Assembly (NCBI GenBank): GCA_051294905.1
Contig: CM119378.1
Location: 11,656,001 to 11,720,000, forward strand
DNA from: Botryllus schlosseri
Taxonomy: Eukaryota
DNA length: 64,000 nt
Reading direction: 5' to 3'
Shown: piece after piece, positions 51,937 through 63,954 of the stretch
Position numbering within the stretch: position 1 is the stretch's first letter
Layout of the letters: the number at the start of each line of letters is the position of its first letter
The notes under the pieces: generated by a model
Seen by the model: the letters and a program-made list of their open reading frames with translations, nothing else
Database searches by the model: none
What the model was told of the DNA's origin: nothing
Program-made: the position numbers and the translations under genes

Positions 51937-53110
51937 CAGGGGTCGGGAACGGTAACCTCTGACTTCTCTGATTATCCGATTCTTATTCATCAATATTGAT
52001 GCAAGTTTTGATAAATTTTCATAGCAACTGGAATCATTATTCTTGTTGTAGTCAAGTATTTATATGAGGTTAAAACAGTGACATATTTTATGGCGTTGTG
52101 ATATCAGAAACCCCTTTTCAAAATCTTAAAATTTATGCCAAATACATGCTGCTGATAATAATCGCTCTTCCGTGCAATATAATATGTTTTCTATAATATG
52201 TGAAGTACGGTATCTTCGAGTTATTAAGGGTTATGCATCGGACAAATCTAATCTGTCAAGTTCAATACGAAGTAGTTCGATACGAAGTTTTCATAGTGGC
52301 AAATACAATGTCAATATCATATTCACTATAATACCAATGTTGCACCCTTGGAATCTTGAATTGCGATGAATCATAGGGAAAAGGAGACGTGGCAACACCT
52401 GTATGAGAATCTAGCCACATTGTCTTCCTGATCATCAGTGCGAGATAAGCTTCCTTGGAGGTGACATTCCCAGTTACGTATTCTATTTACATCCACATTC
52501 CAATTTACTAGGTAGCCTGCTCACACTGCCGTTAAAATATATGCTTGTTGCGCAACATCATGTTAGCGCTGAAAATGCCGAGAATTGAGAAACAATATTA
52601 GCCAATTGGTATCAGTTAACAATATTCTCAATCGCTGAAGTTTTTATCCCTGTTTAGAGGAAGTGATTGAACTGTACTTATTCCTTGGAAAGCCGCTTAA
52701 CTTTAAAACTGTGTTACTGAGGAAAAAACGGCAGACTCACACGTTTGTGGGTGTCTACACTACAAATATGGGTTTTGCACTAAAATGTACAGTACATCTT
52801 AAATGCCATGGCCCTCACGCTATGTTAGCTAAATGTCCCATGGTCTACTGTCGTTTTTGTTGTTTAACATGCTCAAATGCCAAGCAACCAGCTTGATTAG
52901 TGCGGAGTTGCAGGCGATATAACATTACATTATACTGAATATGCAGAAAATATGGTACAAACTCAGAAAGTAGTGAATTTCGATTTAGTGCTACCATAAC
53001 GTCACGAGACTTCAATTGTGACGTAACAGTCACTTGAAATCATTATAGAATTACAATTGCAAGTATAAGGCCCATACAGCTCTTTTGACGAAAAAGGTTC
53101 CCGACCCCTG
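51937..53110 (-). mobile_element. hAT element with C-terminal transposase remnant
   Basis: TIR caggggtcgggaac; TSD atccatac/atctatac; minus strand reads ...VFATMK..YR..LTD-like. Confidence 0.78.
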
Positions 53111-53483
53111 ATCTATACTGTTTTCAAAATTATGAAAGATATCGAAGTAGATCTGTGGCATTTCTAATCATCATTCCAGCTCCAATCAGCCTGAAAATTG
53201 GGTATTTTATTGCTCATTTTTTACAACTTCATGATGGCAAACGGTATCTATCCCAGCTATCTAATAACAGCCAGAGTGGTCCCGATACACAAAGCTGGGA
53301 TTAGAACTAATGTTGACAACTACAGACCGTTATCTGTTTTTCCGTGTATTGGGATTATCTTCGAAAAGTTGGTCCTGTCCTGCCTGTCTTCATATCTCGC
53401 CAAAATCTCTGTAATTTGTGCTCTCCAATTTAACTTCCGCAACAAACACTTTACCTCACATGCCCTCCTAACAGTACTACGAC

Positions 53484-54761
53484 TAGGGTTAGTTCGGATA
53501 TCAATAATTATCACTATCCGGATATTTGGAATTTATCTAACCGGTTAACCGGATAATAACTGCTAAGTGGGACAATCGATTTCACGAGGTCTGCATGAAA
53601 AACTGATCGCAAAATCATTACTGTTAATGTCGAGTAGACCTATACGTACACGCGCAGTACGAGCGAATACAAGAATAACCACGCAAATTTAGTGTCCACT
53701 GCTTCTGCAACGCCATCCTTATTTATAAAGCGTAATGCATCAATTGTGGCAGCCTGTAGCCGGGACCGGAATTTTCTAACAAAGAGTCCACATGCATTGA
53801 ATGCTTATTCAGCTTCCACAGAAGTGGGCTGAATAGTAAGCAGCGCGTCGTAGAGAGTCTAAAGGTTGGCACGTCGTTTCCCAGAAACTTCAACGACTTT
53901 ATATTCCATTTGACCATTCTTGTGTTTAGGTTTGGAGTACTAGTAGGACGAGTAGCTGATACTGGAAGTGATGCCGACATGATACCTCGCTCTAGTTCCT
54001 CCGTGAGAAATTCACGTGATCAGGCACGTAGCCAGCCGAAAATTAAGGGAAGGGGGGTTCGATTTTTTTCGGACTAAGTATCAGCGGAAATCAATTATGC
54101 TTGCACGCACACACACGCACATGTTTGCGAACATTTGATGTCATTCAATTTCGCGATGTCACTCCCACAATCGCTAATCAGAATACACTTAACGGCATAT
54201 CGTCACCAAGCCATCGAGGGATAGGGGCCAACGCATGCTACGCCCGACACGCGATGGTTAGGCCAGCGATGATATATTTCGTAGGCCTATTGCAGATGCG
54301 ATTGTGTAGGTCAGCGATAATATCGTGAGCATCAAGCCAATTCAGATGCGATTGTGCACTGTGCAGGCCAGCGATGGAATAGTGTGAACACTGCACAGTG
54401 CACAGGGCCTATTGCAGATGCGATTATTCAAGCCAATGGAACTATAGGCTAGTTGAAGACGAGATAAATCAGGCTAGAGACGATTGCCGACCGCGCGGCA
54501 ATCAATGACCTAGTTTAACGATCTTCTCAGCAGGGGATCGCGTCTCGTTACATTGTGCAGACGCAGCATCTCGCTAATTGGCAACACGCTTCTCGCTAAT
54601 AGGCCGCGCGCAACACTGAATACGGCTTATTGAAGCTTACTAATAGGTGTAAAAGGCATAAGCAACGATACTCATTTATCCGGTTAACCGGCAGAATTAT
54701 ATCCAGATATCAGATATTAAAAATACCGGCGGTTAACCGTTAACCGGATAATCCAACCCTA
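53484..54761. mobile_element. TAGGG-ended DNA element with ccggttaaccgg subterminal repeats
   Basis: tagggttagttcggat...ggataatccaacccta; no clean TSD. Confidence 0.58.
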
Positions 54762-55574
54762 TATCCAACCAAGGTAGCTTTCTTGCGGCTCTGATTGACC
54801 TCTTTATATGCCACAAAAATATAATAGACGACAGTTGTTGTTTGTTTCTATGAATAGTTACAGCCAATTTCTGTATATGGATGCTATAATGAGGGATATT
54901 AGTTATGTCTAAAGCCGTCCAAGGCCACTTCTGAAGGCCTGGAGAGAGAATTCTTGCTGACTAGCGTCAAGCGCATGGATGTATACCTGTCAGACAAGGA
55001 TATATCTTAGATTCTGCTGGTCATAAACCTTTGTGTATGTAAATTTTGACATAAAAATAATTGCTCATAGTCAAGAATAAATTGCAATAAGTCCAAAATT
55101 ACCCAGCGTATAATCCCTCGCAATTTTACGCACCAATTGCTGGAATGTATAAAGAGCTATCCACAAAACGACATCACATAATAGTATACTGTAGTAATGG
55201 TATGCATTTTCAGTTTATTTCAATGTGTAGCACTCGCCAATCAGCGTCTATCAATGCTAAAATAACCGATATAGAATCCATAGAAGTCTACGTGCAACTT
55301 TCGAATTACCTGGATGGCGAGATCGAGGTGTAGGATCGCTATCTATAAATATTCGTTATAAGTAGCCTACTGGAGGTTTTTTACATACTCTGAAGTTTGA
55401 AATGCGACTCCGACATCCAAAAAGGTTGGGAACCACTGATGCAGATCATAATATTCTTCTTTCAAAATTAGTGTGTTACGGATTTCGTGGCCCACAACTT
55501 GAGTTCATGAAAAGCTACCTCACTGAATGTCAACAAATGGTTTCAATCTCCAAAATCTCGTCCTCCCCTTAACT

Positions 55575-56381
55575 CAGGGGCGGGCAACATACGGCCCGCA
55601 GAGAGTTTCCGCCCTGAAAGTGAAATTATAATATGAAATTATTGACAAATTCTATGCGTCACAGAATGAATCCAAGTTTACCAACCCGAGAGTGATGATC
55701 ATGAAGCTACTTATGTTCTGTTCGGATCTACAATACATGCATTTGCGAGCAAACATTTCCAACCATAAACATTAACAAGACAAGGCTGCGTTCCAACATA
55801 ATTGATGTTCACGTGCAGTCTTTACTAAGGGTTTCTACGCCCGGATGACCAGTTGCGGTTGCAGCTGCGGTCTCTTAAACTGCCATCCACCTCGACCTAG
55901 TGCCCGTTGTCACAGTTCTTTCTTTGATGTTTTGTTTCTATTCCGCTGCTCTCTGTGGCTCCTTCCCTTCCCTGTGAGTGCGCTCTTTCATCGGGTGTTT
56001 TTCTGGGCTTTTTTGTTGACGGAAGCACAGCGACGCAGAGAAAAAGGAGCCCAGAAAAACGCCGACGCGGAGTCTTGCGGCAGGCGCTTATGGTTATCAC
56101 TGCGCTATCCAAGTTCAAAGAACTTGCTAACAATTTTGATTGACCCCGGATGTATGATTGACTTCAACTAGTTCCACAGCTATTTAGGAACATTAGGCTA
56201 ATATATCCATTAAATACTGTTTTTGGGCTATTCGCTTAAACTAAAAGTTTACATCAAATACAATTTATTCCTTGTATAGGTGGATAAATACGTGCTTAAT
56301 GTATCAATTTTGTTATCCGGCCCGCCGCGTACTTTATTTCCTCATATCCGGCCCGCCGACCTGAGAAGTTGCCCGCCCCTG
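55575..56381 (+). mobile_element. hAT deletion derivative with dimerisation-domain remnant
   Basis: TIR caggggcgggcaac; 8-bp TSD ccttaact; ICEQTFPTININKTRLRS. Confidence 0.9.
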
Positions 56382-57218
56382 CCTTAACTGGTTACCTGTC
56401 GTGTACCCCAAGGCTCAGTGCTTGAGCCAGTTCTCTCTACATTATATGTCAACGACATTTTTGAATCCACCTCATTGAGTACCACACTGTTCGCTGATGA
56501 TACTCACCTCCTCTCTCACTCATCATCTACGGCTAAGTTGGGTGCCGTGACTAGTGGCCAAATACACAAAGACCATGAGTGCACGGCCCGTAATAATCTT
56601 TGCGTCATCGCAGCGAAATCCCAGTTATTAGTCATAATCTCAGAAAAAACTAACCGGTAACATCGCTGGTCCACCTATTTCCAACTAGGAAAATGCGAAA
56701 TATCTCAGGGGTCTTACTGGACTCGTACATGTCCAGAGAGAGTCACATTCAGACTATGGTCCGTTCTACAGCCTTGGAGACTGCATGCCAGCCTGGATCC
56801 TTCTGTTACTCGTTAAATCATTGTTCCAATCAAAGTTACAATATGGCATCATCTGTTGGGGCAGTGTTACCGCACTGACGCCACTGCAAAAATTATGGCA
56901 TCAGGTCCTCCTTATCATAGCCAGGGCCCCAAAGCGACCAAGATGTGTGTCCAACAAATCACTGCTAAAAAGATTCGGTGTCCTAAACATAAAAGATATG
57001 CGGAAACTTAGAAATTTCCACAATTATGTATTAGTTCCACTGCGGCCACTGCGCCAGAAACTTCAATGACTTCTTTACCTCTGCATCAAAAGTGCATAAG
57101 TAAGACACACGTGTGTCCAGTGTGTGACACACTGCCATGTGGTAGGCGAAAAATATCATCGCTCTATCAAATATGCAGGACCTGATTTGTGGAACAGTAT
57201 CTTGCCGGCTATCCGACA

Positions 57219-59156
57219 GGGCCATTCCCAACCTGGACAACAAAAGTTGGAACCACCACATTCCCAAATCTTCTGAAATTTGGTACATGCATAGATGAGT
57301 TAATTTCGAACACAATAAAGTTTATTTGAGGAAAATTGATCCCCGGGGTCAAAAGTTATGTCATTTTGAAAAATTGACGATTTTCTGCTCATTTCAGCTC
57401 TGCAGCGTTCAGGTTTATCAATGTAAAATTCAAAAAGGTGTAAACAGATGTTGGATTACAGTTGAGATTTGGCACTGGGTTTTCTGAGTAGCTAGTATAT
57501 TGGTCTATATTCCCATGTGGTATTGAATGCCATACGGTGTAGTGTTAGAGGTTAAATTGAGGCGAAACTTGGTCGATGGTCTGAAATCGGTCAAGCGTTA
57601 CACAATTTAGAATGCGAATTGAGCAAAACCTTATAAGTATATTCAAGCGAGTAGGGTATCATTTGAAAGCTGGTTACAAAGACAATTTTCCATAGCTTTC
57701 TCATTATGGTTTTTCGACTGTAAGGTGGGGAAATCGCAATCTCAAAAGTACACTGCATTTGTACATGGATATGCTTAAGTTTGGAATATGGTAAACCGAT
57801 GGTTCTCATACTTTTTTGACTCAACACACCTTGCTAAGCTCAACTTATATTCATCACTACCCCTGAAGACTATATGTCAATTTCCAACAACCTATTTGAA
57901 ACCAAGAGCTGTTCCTTGGGTATATATTAACGAGAGTAGCTACCCATTGCTCCCGCCGTTTACCCGTCCGTTTGGCCATTCGTGCTTTAGTTGCTGAAAA
58001 GTTTTGTCAGGTATCGTGCGCAGCTCATAGTTCAAAATAGAATGAAAGGGATGATCATAATTTTTGTTGTATTTGTATTTCTTCAATAACATATTATTTC
58101 TTCTGTGGTAACTATGCCTGTCGCCCATGTTAGCACAGCGTTGTACTGACGTAGAGTTATCAAGACGCGTTTACTAAACTGCGTGGCTGAGGCCCCGGCA
58201 TTGCTTATTTTTATCTCGATATTGAAGCTCGCGGCCTCTAGGAATTCTGAAAAGTGGCCTGCGACCCGTTTTGAGTTGGCGACCCCCTGGGTCACCCTTA
58301 CTGCCGCACCTATATTGAATTTCCTTACTTTGAAATTCAGAGCACTATCGGTAGAGTTTCTGCTGAAAATATAACTCTGAATGTCAAAGTCGAGAAATTT
58401 AGCAACAGACGGGTAAACGGTAGGAGCAATGGGTAGCTATTCTCATTAATATATACCCAAGGAACAGCTCTTGGTTTCAAATAGTTATTGGAAATTGACA
58501 TATAGTCTTCAGGGGTAGTGATGAATATAAGTTGAGCTTAACAAGGTGTGTTGATTCAAAAAAGTATGGGAACCATCGATTTACCATATTCCAAACTTAA
58601 GCATATCCATGTACAAATGCAGTGTACTTTTGAGATTGCGATTTCCCCACCTTACAGTCGAAAAACCAAAATGAAAAAGCTATAGAAAATTGTCTTTGTA
58701 ACCAGCTTTCATATGATACCCTACTCGCTTGAATATACTTATAAGGTTTTGCTCAATTCGCATTCCAAATTGTGTAACGCTTGACCGATTTCAGACCTTC
58801 GACCAAGTTTCGCCTCAATTTAACCTCTAACACTACACCGCATGGCATTCAATACCACATGGGAATATAGACCAATATACTAGCTACTCAGAAAACCCAG
58901 TGCCAAATCTCAACTGTAATCCAACATCTGTTTACACCTTTTTGAATTTTACATTGATAAACCTGAACACTGCAGAGCTGAAATGAGCAGAAAATCGTCA
59001 ATTTTTCAAAATGACATAACTTTTGATCCCGGGGATCATTTTTCCTCAAATAAACTTTATTGTGTTCGAAATTAACTCATCTATGCATGTACCAAATTTC
59101 AGAAGATTTGGGAATGTGGTGGTTCCAACTTTTGTTGTCCAGGTTGGGAATGGCCC
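57219..59156. mobile_element. Foldback DNA transposon with about 753-bp TIRs (Sola2-like, non-autonomous)
   Basis: 57219-57971 is the near-perfect reverse complement of 58404-59156; termini GGGCCATTCCC; 4-bp TSD gaca; removing it restores the LINE reading frame (...PAIRQSSSMSTFKSK). Confidence 0.82.
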
Positions 59157-59363
59157 GACAGTCATCAAGCATGTCTACATTCAAATCGAAATACAAACAA
59201 ATTTCCACTGAATCAATACTAGTTAGCCCTCTAGTTTACCGGACTAGGACACTTGCTCTTTTTTTGTCAGCTGTCCTTATTATATTCTTTTACTTTTCAT
59301 TCAGTGTGCTTGCCTCCTTTTATACATCGCCTAGGCCAATTGGGTGTCTGATTTCGAAGACTA

Positions 59364-60382
59364 CCGTAATTTTCCAAGTATAGTACGCCTCCATGTATAG
59401 TACGCACCCCGCATTTGCAGCACACAAATAGCTGTGTTTCAGTATACTATGTCGACATGTCGTTCTGTTTTGCGATGTCACTGTTCAACAATCATGACAT
59501 AACCATCGCTAATCATTATGCAATTAACGGAATTGTCTTTAAACGATGGTAGATAGCAGCCAAAGCCTGCGAGGCTAGGTAGTAGTAGGTGACGAGATAG
59601 CGTCGTTGTTCAACTGTGTGGCCTAGTTAATCTCGATATTGGATTCATGCCAACCGCGTCCTCTACGAAATTCGAAAAATGGCCCGCGACCCGTTTTGAG
59701 TTGGCGATGGCGACCCCTTGCGTAAGCGCAGTCTTACAAAAGCCTAGAAGTGTGCCGTGCTACAAGTCGGCGATTACGGAATCAAAAATAAGAAATAGGC
59801 TACCAGTCTGGTGTAAATGACCAATGACCATTATAGTCGACAAACACCATGATTGCCACAAACGACATTAGGGTTGAGTACATCGTAAATGCCGATAACG
59901 CAAGTCTTCTTGCTTCGACAAACTTACGCGTAAGCTCCACTCCGGCATATTATAATAACATACAGTCACCAAAATTGGACCTAGTAAGCAAGTAGTGGGG
60001 AATCTCAGCAGACTGCGGCCGAGGGCCACATTATCATGTAAGACAGAAAACAGTCCGCGGGCCGGACAAAATCCCTTCGCGGGCCGTATGTTGCCCGCCC
60101 CTGCTCTAAACGAAAGTAGATAGCAGCAAAGCCTGCGAGGCCGGCGGCGCGATAGTTTAGGCCAGCGACACGACATCTTGCGCACGAGGCCTATTACAGA
60201 TGCGATTGCCCAGGCCAACGGTTATTGGAAACCAACATGAAGAAAGGAGTGATTTCAAGTTTTTTTATCGAGGGAGATTTTTTCAAGCCTGTTGTTCCCA
60301 TGTGTAATACGCACCCCCCCCCCCCCCGATTTTAGGGCAAAAAATCTTGAAAATTTTGCGCATTATACATGGAAAATTACGG
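59364..60382. mobile_element. Tc1/mariner-pogo-type MITE
   Basis: TIR ccgtaattttcca, TA TSD. An empty site (atttcgaagacTActcc) is visible in the related LINE tail near 63200. Confidence 0.85.
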
Positions 60383-60494
60383 TACTCCAAATTGTTTCGG
60401 CACCTTCGTTGTATCGCAGTCTTGTAGTGTATTGAATGATGAAATTATTGGCAATAAATTTAATTGAATTGAATTCAAATACGATTATTTCTAG

Positions 60495-60609
60495 ACTACT
60501 CGAGGATTGGCCTGAAAAATTGCTGGAGTTTCTGTACACCAAGCAAGATCAAGACATTTCAATACACCCTTTCGCTTCCACTTGTTTGCAAATAATGAAG
60601 GGAACCGAG
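60495..60609 (+). CDS. Divergent CARD-like exon (phase 2-0, like exon 4 of units A/B)
   Basis: tatttctag| ... |gtagtc; LLEDWPEKLLEFLYTKQDQDISIHPFASTCLQIMKGTE. Confidence 0.6.
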
Positions 60610-61189
60610 GTAGTCTACATTTTTTATGATTAACTTTGTCTTTGACACTTTGTCTTTGAAATAAAGCCACTTCAAAGTGTATATGCAAGAAAAAGGAGTG
60701 CCAATGCAAATAGCTGGATTAGGAAGAATAACCGATTAGTGAAAAAGCGCATCGCATTTTTTGCTGACTTGTGTCAACTGACATGGCCAGATGACAAGTA
60801 AGTCAACATTGAATTTGTTCATACAATAATATGTGCTAATCATAATCATATGTAACACCGAAATTATAGGCTTACCGTATATATATGTAGAAGTGATTTT
60901 TTAAATGGATCATATTGATACTTGGCGCTAGGCACATGCCTGAACGGTTCGCGGTTTTGAATAGCTAATAAATAAGATTGATAAAAAATAATCCGCAAGT
61001 ATAGATAGGGGAGCTAATATCTGATTCGTAATCACTACGATTAGCTGTGTAATGATCGCAAAAATTGATCAGAAGAGCAATTGAAGGTAAATCTAAAGTT
61101 CCTCAGCTTTTTTCTATAATTTTTTAAATTTATATGGCTAGATTGTATGTGTATAAAATAAAGTATGTACGCCATTTGTTTGATTCAAG

Positions 61190-61262
61190 CTGGAGTCTAG
61201 AGGACGATGCTTATTCAAAAATCTTTGCGAAGTCCAAGGCGGAGCCTGCAAGATTCGATGAG
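61190..61262 (+). CDS. Candidate exon, frame ambiguous
   Basis: 73 nt, gattcaag| ... |gtaatt. The phase 0-1 reading ends in TGA; the phase 2-0 reading WSLEDDAYSKIFAKSKAEPARFDE is open. Confidence 0.35.
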
Positions 61263-61544
61263 GTAATTGATGTATTCATGTCAATTGAGCACGCAGCGCA
61301 AAAGCAAAATCGAAAAGTTGAAGAGAGTGAGTTATATTTTTATGGAATTTTTCATCATGATATTGATGTTCATTCATTTTTCATTTCATATTTTTTTGAT
61401 GGTGTGTATCTTGACTGAATTTGAAGTAGCATCACATATTGTCAACATCCCTTCGCCTGCTTTCAATTTATGTTACACGACTCTTCTAATATTTATCTAA
61501 ATGATATCATGCTTTCAAAATTCTTGTTATTTACTTATCTTTAG

Positions 61545-61601
61545 CTCCCGCCCAGAAAGATGACAAGCTAAAGAAAAGGACCAAGATCGAAACAATAAAG
61601 G
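61545..61601 (+). CDS. Symmetric (1-1) basic linker exon
   Basis: 57 nt, APAQKDDKLKKRTKIETIK, donor gtgagc. Confidence 0.6.
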
Positions 61602-62487
61602 GTGAGCTTCTTGTAATGGTATCTCTCGTATCTTGTCACAAGTGATGTTGGACTGATGACTGTTTTTGAAAAGTCTGCAATGAGAAATCATCACCTAATA
61701 CCCAATATAAATCTACCTTCACCGACTAAAAATACAATTACAATGGCAGGCCTATGCAAAGAACAACTAACAGGATTTACGCACTGCGGTAATTTCATGT
61801 CTCAGAACTCTATATCTGCCATATTAGACCAAAGACGAAGCATAGCCAATGAATGATCGGGGATCAGTTGTACAGCTTGTATTATATTATATATAATTGT
61901 CTACCACTGCGAGCGCTTTAAAACCAGACTTTTGATTATGTGGTAATAATAGTGTGCTAATATTTATTCAATCCCGCTTGTGGCGAGACAATTGCGCTGT
62001 CGTAAGTGCAAAAAGATTTTACCTAATTACCTAATATCAAATTAGGTTTATTTGAATTATTCCACGTTAAAAGTAGTGGAAATTATGCACAATTTTCCAA
62101 AAGCAATAAGCACTAGTCTACGTCATAGTAACCTTTCGTATGAAAATGAGATATGTTATTGTTTGGGCGAATTTTTCTGACGTAAAAAACGGAAATCAAA
62201 ATTTTGACTGTTTTTTTCTAAAAAAACTTAATTCTGACCAAATTTTGACCTCACGTATGCAAATTAGATGTTTTCGCATATACTGGTAAAATTGTACTAC
62301 TTTTCTTCAATTCTGGTTGGAACTGTCAGTCCTTACGAAGTAGTTTGGCCAGAAAAACGTTTTTGACCGAAAAACTGACAAAGTTTTGGATGAAAAAACT
62401 TTAATTTTACCGAAATCTGGCCCTATGTTCGAATTGCAGTAGTTACATCACGTATTATGGTAGAAATGATGAAAATTTCTTGTAGTA

Positions 62488-62855
62488 CAGTGGTTCCCAA
62501 CGTGGGCGATATCCCCCCCCCCCCAGGGGGCAATTTGGCGGTCTAGGGGGGGGGGGGGCGAAAATGGACAAAGGGGGCGACGGGAGGCGAACATAGCGAA
62601 GGGAACGATAGGGGGCCGATGACGCGTCAAAACGGCTGACCTTTATTTTTTTTTAGTCAATCCACGGAAATATGGTTACAAAAGTGTGTCAAATTAGACA
62701 TCGAGCCGAAAATTTGACCTTTTTTTTAGTCAACCCGCCGGTGATAACAGTTTGTATGCCCAATTGCCCAATTTTCGGTACACAAAATTTTGGGGGCGAT
62801 GATCGGTGCTGACCTTGAAAAGGGGCGATGGGTCGAAAAAGGTTGGGAACCACTG
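62488..62855. mobile_element. hAT (Charlie/Buster-type) MITE
   Basis: TIR cagtggttcccaac; 8-bp TSD ttgtagta; copy of 13665-13998. Confidence 0.9.
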
Positions 62856-63139
62856 TTGTAGTACAACGAGAAATACTTTCCTACGTTCTCGGGTGGAAAA
62901 TGTGTCCTTGCTAAGTAGCTTGCCAAGAATGGAGCAATAAAGTTCAACAGCAACAGTTGTTGGTTGGCAACACTGAAGTTGTGCGTACACTGCTGGTGAC
63001 AAACCGTGTTGCTTTATTCTGACAATGTTGTCTACATTACAATTTTTCATAATGCACTTTTTGATATAAGGACCACGCAATGCTCAAGCAGTCTTGATTC
63101 AGTTAGGATATTGCGGTACGTTAACCATAACACCATGTC

Positions 63140-63330
63140 AACCTATTACCTTTTATTCAGTGTGCATGCCTCCTTTTTTACATCACCTAGGCCAGGTGGA
63201 TGTCTGATTTCGAAGACTACTCCTCCGAGTCATTCCGACACCTTCCTTATCTTTCATTGTATCGCAGTCTTGTGGTGTATTGAAATGATCAAAATTATAG
63301 CAATAAATTGAATTGAATTGAATTGACATT
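63140..63330 (+). mobile_element. Short 3'-end copy of the LINE
   Basis: Matches the joined 59290-59363 and 60385-60478 UTR; ends aataaattgaattgaattgaattg; another copy at about 48060-48180. Confidence 0.65.
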
Positions 63331-63846
63331 TTTTGATTCACAATTAGCAGACAATGGGCCGTCTACAAGGGTAGGCCTATAAAGTAGGCTACAAGCTGTA
63401 AATATCAAATGATAAGTTCACAGTGCAAAATCTATAATACAAACGAAATGCAGGGGGCACAAAACTTGGACAAACCATGGGAGCATCTATACGACTGCTT
63501 TTCAAAACTATATTTATTTACTTGAGCAGATTCAAAGCCAACCAATTCTACTTCCATTTGAAGAAATTTAAGGTTTCTTATAAAATCACTATTTCTGCTC
63601 GTACCTGTAGCAGATTTTGGCGTGACTACTTCTAGTTGCGTATTTTTTTACTACTTTAACCACCTTTGGTGGTATCATGATTTCCTGCGTAATACAAATT
63701 ATGTAGGTTAGAGCAGCCAACCAATGGCCCACGTTCAGGTAATTTGCTGCTATGTATTCGTTTTTTAGTCATCGGCAAGTGAGATGTTGCCTTTCAGTAC
63801 TGATATCTTTTCTATTGTGAGAGCTCAACAATTGTTTCATTATTAG

Positions 63847-63954
63847 ATCCAAAAGGTCATTCATTACCTGCAACATCAGTCAGTGAATTCGATCACAGAC
63901 AAATGAAGATGACTCACTCTTACCAACCAGATGCGATCATGGGAGATTCCCCAG
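63847..63954 (+). CDS. Symmetric (1-1) linker exon, duplicate of 47093-47200
   Basis: 108 nt, DPKGHSLPATSVSEFDHRQMKMTHSYQPDAIMGDSP; the gene probably continues beyond the window. Confidence 0.68.

Larger units (their letters stand above)
53150..60478 (+). mobile_element. 5'-truncated CR1/L2-group LINE (RT pseudogene) broken by later insertions
   Basis: Fragments in order: VVPIHKAG..NVDNYRPLSV (53.2-53.47k), AALIDL (54.77k), DHNILLSKLVCYGFRG..MKSYL (55.44-55.57k), VPQGSVLEP..YVND..LFADDT (56.39k), SKLQYGIICWG, YAGPDLWNSIL..FKSKYK (57.17k and 59.16k); 3' UTR ends in an aattgaattg tail. Confidence 0.88.

Noticed and set aside
52297-52460. Phase 0-2 pseudo-exon (…MNHREKETWQHLYENL…) that would bridge 51857 and 60495 and looks CARD-like
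   Set aside because: It contains two in-frame stops and lies inside the TSD-bounded hAT element 51937-53110, whose minus strand here resembles a transposase C-terminus.
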